A stretch of 64,000 bases of DNA from Candidatus Poribacteria bacterium (GTDB lineage Bacteria > Poribacteria > WGA-4E > UBA9662), in contig JAYGDX010000198.1 in assembly GCA_046582655.1 (NCBI GenBank), positions 9,624 through 73,623 of the forward strand, given 5' to 3'. The notes under the pieces were generated by a model that worked only from the letters and a program-made list of their open reading frames with translations, was not told where the DNA came from and made no database searches. This document shows, piece after piece, positions 59,927 to 64,000 of this stretch. How positions within the stretch are numbered: the first letter of the stretch is position 1; each line of letters begins with the position of its first letter. A program made the translations under genes and the position numbers.

Positions 59927-61261
59927 ATGATTGATAAACTATTTTATCTACAAGCGTCAGGAACCACGGTCAGACGTGAGATCGTCGCTGGTTGCACAAC
60001 GTTTATGACGCTTTCATACATTATTTTTGTTCAGCCGGCCATCCTCTAAGTCACCGGAATGGATAGCGGAGCGGTCATGACCGCAACCTGCATCTCAAGT
60101 GCATTGGCCATGGTTCTGATGGCGTTTCTGGCTAATTACCCATTCGCACTGGCACCAGCCGTGGGACACAATGTCTATTTCGCTTTTACAGTTTGCGGCC
60201 TAGCCACCATGGGAGGATTTGGTTACTCATGGCAGCAAGCGCTTGGCGCCGTTTTTATAGCCGGTGTGTTATTTATTCTGCTCTCATTTGTCGGTCTGCG
60301 CCAGACAGTCATGGATATCCTGCCGGTTTCCCTCCGGAACGCTATTCCAGTCGGAATTGGATTGTTGATCGCTCTGGTTGGTTTGGAATGGGCGGGGATT
60401 GTCAAAGCCAGTCCAGCTACCTACGTTACGCTTGGCGATCTGAAGTCGGCGCCTGCTTTACTCTCCCTGTTTGGCCTTGGTCTAATCTCTGTTCTACTGG
60501 TATTGAACACCAATGGTGCCATCCTGATAGGTATTCTGGTATCGACTGCCATCGGTCTACTAACCGGCATGATAAAATATCAGGGAATAGTCAGTGCTCC
60601 TCCATCCGTGGCCCCAACTTTTCTGAAACTTCAACTGAATATTTTTGCTGAACCAAAACTGCTTATGGCAGTGGCTGTATTTTTCTTTCTCGATTTATTC
60701 GATACTGTTGGAACATTGGTTGGTGTTGGTCAACAGTCGGGATTGATGGTCAACGGCAAATTACCCAAAGCACGGCAGGCACTTTTGTCTGATGCTGTGG
60801 CCACAAGTACAGGTGCTTTACTGGGAATATCTACCGTCACCACTTATATCGAAAGTGCCTCTGGAATCTCCGCTGGCGGACGTACCGGACTAACTAACAT
60901 TGTCACTGCGTTACTCATGTTGCTAGCACTATTCTTTCACCCGTTGATCAAGACGGTGGGTGCGGGGTATCCAATTGGTGAAAATATGTTCCTGTACCCG
61001 GTTATCGCGCCTGCCTTGATTATCGTCGGCAGTATGATGCTCAGAAATGTCATCTATATCGATTGGGATGATGTTACTGAGTCTCTCCCTGCCTTCCTGA
61101 CGATGTTGATGGTGCCGCTTTAGTATCACTGAAGGTATCGCCTTCGGTTTTATCTCTTATGCGCTATAAAACTTGTTAAAGGAAAAGGCCGTCAAGTGCA
61201 TTGGCTGATATATTTCTTTGCTGTTTTATTTATCGGTCGGTATATCTGGTTAGTTGGCTGA
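59927..61261 (+). pseudogene. NCS2 (AzgA-like) purine permease, disrupted
   Basis: ATG 59927 in frame with a premature TAA at 60047-60049; DLFDTVGT and ESASGISAGGRTG; frameshifts near 61120 and 61168 before KLVKGK...*. Confidence 0.88.
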
Positions 61262-61346
61262 TGGAACCGGATTCGAAAAGATGTGTTGTGTGTCTAAATT
61301 GTCAATCAGTAAATCAAAGTAATCAATTTATTACAATTTCAAAAGG

Positions 61347-62426
61347 ATGAAACAGATGTCGAAAAAATATCGCGTCGGTATCGTCGGGTGTGGCGGCATG
61401 GGCCGTTCTCACGCTAAGGCTTATGACAACAATCCGGCGACTGAAGTTGTGGCTGTTGCAGATGTATATCAAGAATCAGCTGAAAAACTGGCTTCGGAAC
61501 ATTCGGTTTCGGCTATTTACACCGATTACAATCAAATGTTTGAGAAGGAAGATCTGGATATCCTGAGTGTTCCAACATGGCAAGGTGTCCGGGCTGAAAT
61601 CACTGTTGCGGCTGCCAACTCAGGTATCAAAGGCATCCTAGGCGAGAAACCGATGTCGGCATCTTTGGGCCAAGCCAACGACATGGTCGAAGCCTGTGAA
61701 AAGAATGGAACCAAGTTGGCCATTGGTCATCAGGGACGTTTCAGTCCTACCACTAACGAGATTCGAAGACTGGTGGCAGACGGTGCTATCGGTCAGCCGA
61801 CAATGCTTTATCATCGTGCCAAAACTAACGCAGGGTTACTGAATACCGGTACGCACGCTATTGATGGGTGGCGATACATGTTATCAGATCCCGAAACGCT
61901 GTGGGTGATTGGTCAAACCTCTCGTTTTAGTGACCGATGGGAACGCCGCAGTGCCTGTGAAGATCTGTGTATGGGATTGGTCTGTTTTGAAGGTGGTACG
62001 CGAGCTGTGTACGAAGGCGATTTGCCTGAACCCAAGATTCCAATGCCAAGCATTTATGGAACTGAAGGGCAGATCAAAGTCAGTTCCGGTGGAGTGATCC
62101 AAGCCGGTACCATACTTCTATTGAATCAGAAAGAGAGCGATTGGCAAGAAATTGAACCTGCTCCGGTGGAAACCAACCAGGTGCAGGAACTGATTGACTG
62201 GATGGAAGGTAAAGTTGATGAACATCGCAGCAGTGGGCGACAAGCCCGTTATACCATAGAAATTATGATGGCTATCTACGAGTCGTTGCGCATCAATAAC
62301 GTGGTTAATATGCCGCTTGAAACTCGTGAATCACCACTTGACCTGATGATAGAAGACGGAACACTCGTGGTGACTAAGGAAGGTCGTTACGATATCCGTA
62401 AACCATTTCCGGAAGAAAAGAAATAG
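61347..62426 (+). CDS. Gfo/Idh/MocA oxidoreductase
   Basis: GIVGCGGMG, GEKP, GTHAID. Confidence 0.92.
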   Translation: MKQMSKKYRVGIVGCGGMGRSHAKAYDNNPATEVVAVADVYQESAEKLASEHSVSAIYTDYNQMFEKEDLDILSVPTWQGVRAEITVAAANSGIKGILGEKPMSASLGQANDMVEACEKNGTKLAIGHQGRFSPTTNEIRRLVADGAIGQPTMLYHRAKTNAGLLNTGTHAIDGWRYMLSDPETLWVIGQTSRFSDRWERRSACEDLCMGLVCFEGGTRAVYEGDLPEPKIPMPSIYGTEGQIKVSSGGVIQAGTILLLNQKESDWQEIEPAPVETNQVQELIDWMEGKVDEHRSSGRQARYTIEIMMAIYESLRINNVVNMPLETRESPLDLMIEDGTLVVTKEGRYDIRKPFPEEKK

Positions 62427-62429
62427 GGT

Positions 62430-63622
62430 CTAATCAGAATCTGGCTCACTGCTTTTTGGTAGGGTGATGATAAACTCGGTATATTCCCCTTCCTGCGTAT
62501 CCACATCGATTTGGCCTTGATGTTCGTCAACAATGATTTCATAGCTGATAGAAAGACCTAATCCGGTACCCGAACCGCTTGGTTTAGTAGTCATAAACGG
62601 TTCAAAAATTTTGTTTAGGATTTCCTCAGGAATCCCAGCACCGTTATCCTTGATACCGATTTGTACCTGGTCAGAAACATCTTTGGTGCTTACCCAGAGG
62701 GTGGGTGTAAATCCTTCTTCAGCTTCTTGTACTCTCTGATGAGCAGCATAGCAGGCATTGTTCAGCATATTCAAAAAGACACGACTAATATCCTGAGGCA
62801 CCACGTCCACCATTTCCAAGGATTCATCATAGTCCCTTTCGATAGTAATATTAAAGTTGGTGTCTTGTGCCCGTAAACCGTGATAAGCCAGATTGACATA
62901 TTCTTCTAGCAAGGCATTCAAATCGGTTAAGGCATGTTCGCCGCTGACACCTTGGGAATGCAGTAGCATGCCGTTGACGATGCTATCTGCCCGTTTGCCG
63001 TGTTGATCGATTCTGGACAGGTTTTGCTCCAAGTTACCCAAGATATCTTCAATTTCTTCCAGAGAATCAGAATCGATTTTCTCCTTTTGGTCTTGTAGCT
63101 CTTCCAATAGTTCCTGCGTCAGCTCAGATGAAAGTTCAGCGAAATTGTTGACAAAGTTGAGGGGATTACGGATTTCGTGAGCGATACCGGCTGTCAGCGA
63201 CCCTAGAGAAGTCATTTTCTCCGTTTGAATCAGTTGTTCTTGGGCTTGCTTTAGATTTTCATAGGATTCCGTTAATGCTTCATTTTTACCTTCGAGGACT
63301 TCCCGATTTTGGCGTTCCTGTACCAACATTTGGTCACGCAACTGTTGAGCTTCACGACGTTTGAGTTGATAACGATAGACGCTAATGATTGAGAACGCAA
63401 TCAAAATCAGTATCCCACTAGAACTTGGAATTACGATCCACCCATTCAAATACCAAGGAGTTACAACATTTAGTGTTATAGTTGCTGGGATTGAATAATT
63501 AAGATCTCTATCGATAGTCTGGACTTGAAACTGATATCTGCCAGATTTGTTAAACCGACTTTCGAAAAAAGTCTCCAAAGTTTGCTGATTCCATTGAGTC
63601 GAACTTTGCTCATTGAGACTTA
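62430..63622 (-). pseudogene. Membrane sensor histidine kinase, 5' part cut off by IS insertion
   Basis: GRYQFQVQTID..PWY (Y_Y_Y-like) then TM; AHEIRNPLNF, NNACYA, DNGAG, GTGLGL; the first ~16 codons of the called ORF are IS sequence. Confidence 0.85.
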
Positions 63623-64000
63623 GAGGGTGTCTAAAAACTAAACAGAAATAAGAATATTGGGCTAAAATCATGGTATGGATAAAAAATACCCCAGTGATAT
63701 GAGTGATAAGGAATGGGAGATAATCAAAGACGAATTCCCCCGGCGAAAAAAAACAGGTGGCCCAAGGAGATATGAGATAAGGGAGGTGGTGAATGCGGTA
63801 TTTTACACTTCTAGAGGAGGGTGTTCATGGCCAATGCTTCCCAATGACTTTCCCCCCTGGAAAAGTGTGTATGGGTACTTCAGGGAATGGAAGAAAAAGG
63901 GGCTTTGGCAGAGGATTCATGAAAAGTTACGTCAGGAAGTTCCAGAACAGGCTGGAAGGCATCAAGAACCCAGTACAGGGATTATTGATAGTCAGTCGGT
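63623..64000 (+). mobile_element. IS5-family (IS1031-like) element, partial at window edge
   Basis: End GAGGGTGTCTAAAAAC after TTA; ATG 63675 gives MDKKYPSDMSDKEW...LPNDFPPWKSVYGYF...IIDSQS. Confidence 0.92.

Noticed and set aside
60047..60049. In-frame stops as recoding or an alternative genetic code
   Set aside because: Stops are of mixed type (TAA, TAG, TGA), co-occur with frameshifts, and intact genes use the standard code.

Overview
Bacterial chromosomal window of moderate GC. Its gene repertoire strongly suggests Candidatus Poribacteria (inference): four PhyH-family dioxygenases, three Gfo/Idh/MocA oxidoreductases, LamG, cohesin, dockerin/FlgD-tail and FGE-sulfatase-domain proteins, and a recurring C-terminal 'AVxPxGKLxxxWGxIK' tail. 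Ordinary content includes cspA, tldD/tldE, pirin, an IPNS-like oxygenase, a sugar-catabolism operon, acyl-CoA synthetase plus thiolase, trpF, and a complete sigma54-driven urtABCDE-ureDABCEFG urea cluster. Two decayed accessory regions (about 1-6.2 kb and 15.8-22 kb) hold pseudogenes and IS remnants (IS982, IS5, IS1380), and an IS5/IS1031-type element truncates a histidine kinase at the right edge. Four signals are unexplained. (1) Seven copies of a ~30-bp 11-(8/9)-11 dyad, confined to the accessory regions and bracketing gene-sized modules. (2) Six unrelated proteins sharing a short C-terminal motif, a candidate sorting signal. (3) Two copies of a structured leader motif, one with a terminator/antiterminator and one with an RBS-sequestering hairpin (candidate riboswitch). 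(4) A perfect 30-bp inverted repeat overlapping the urt sigma54 promoter. All calls are by eye; no database searches were run.
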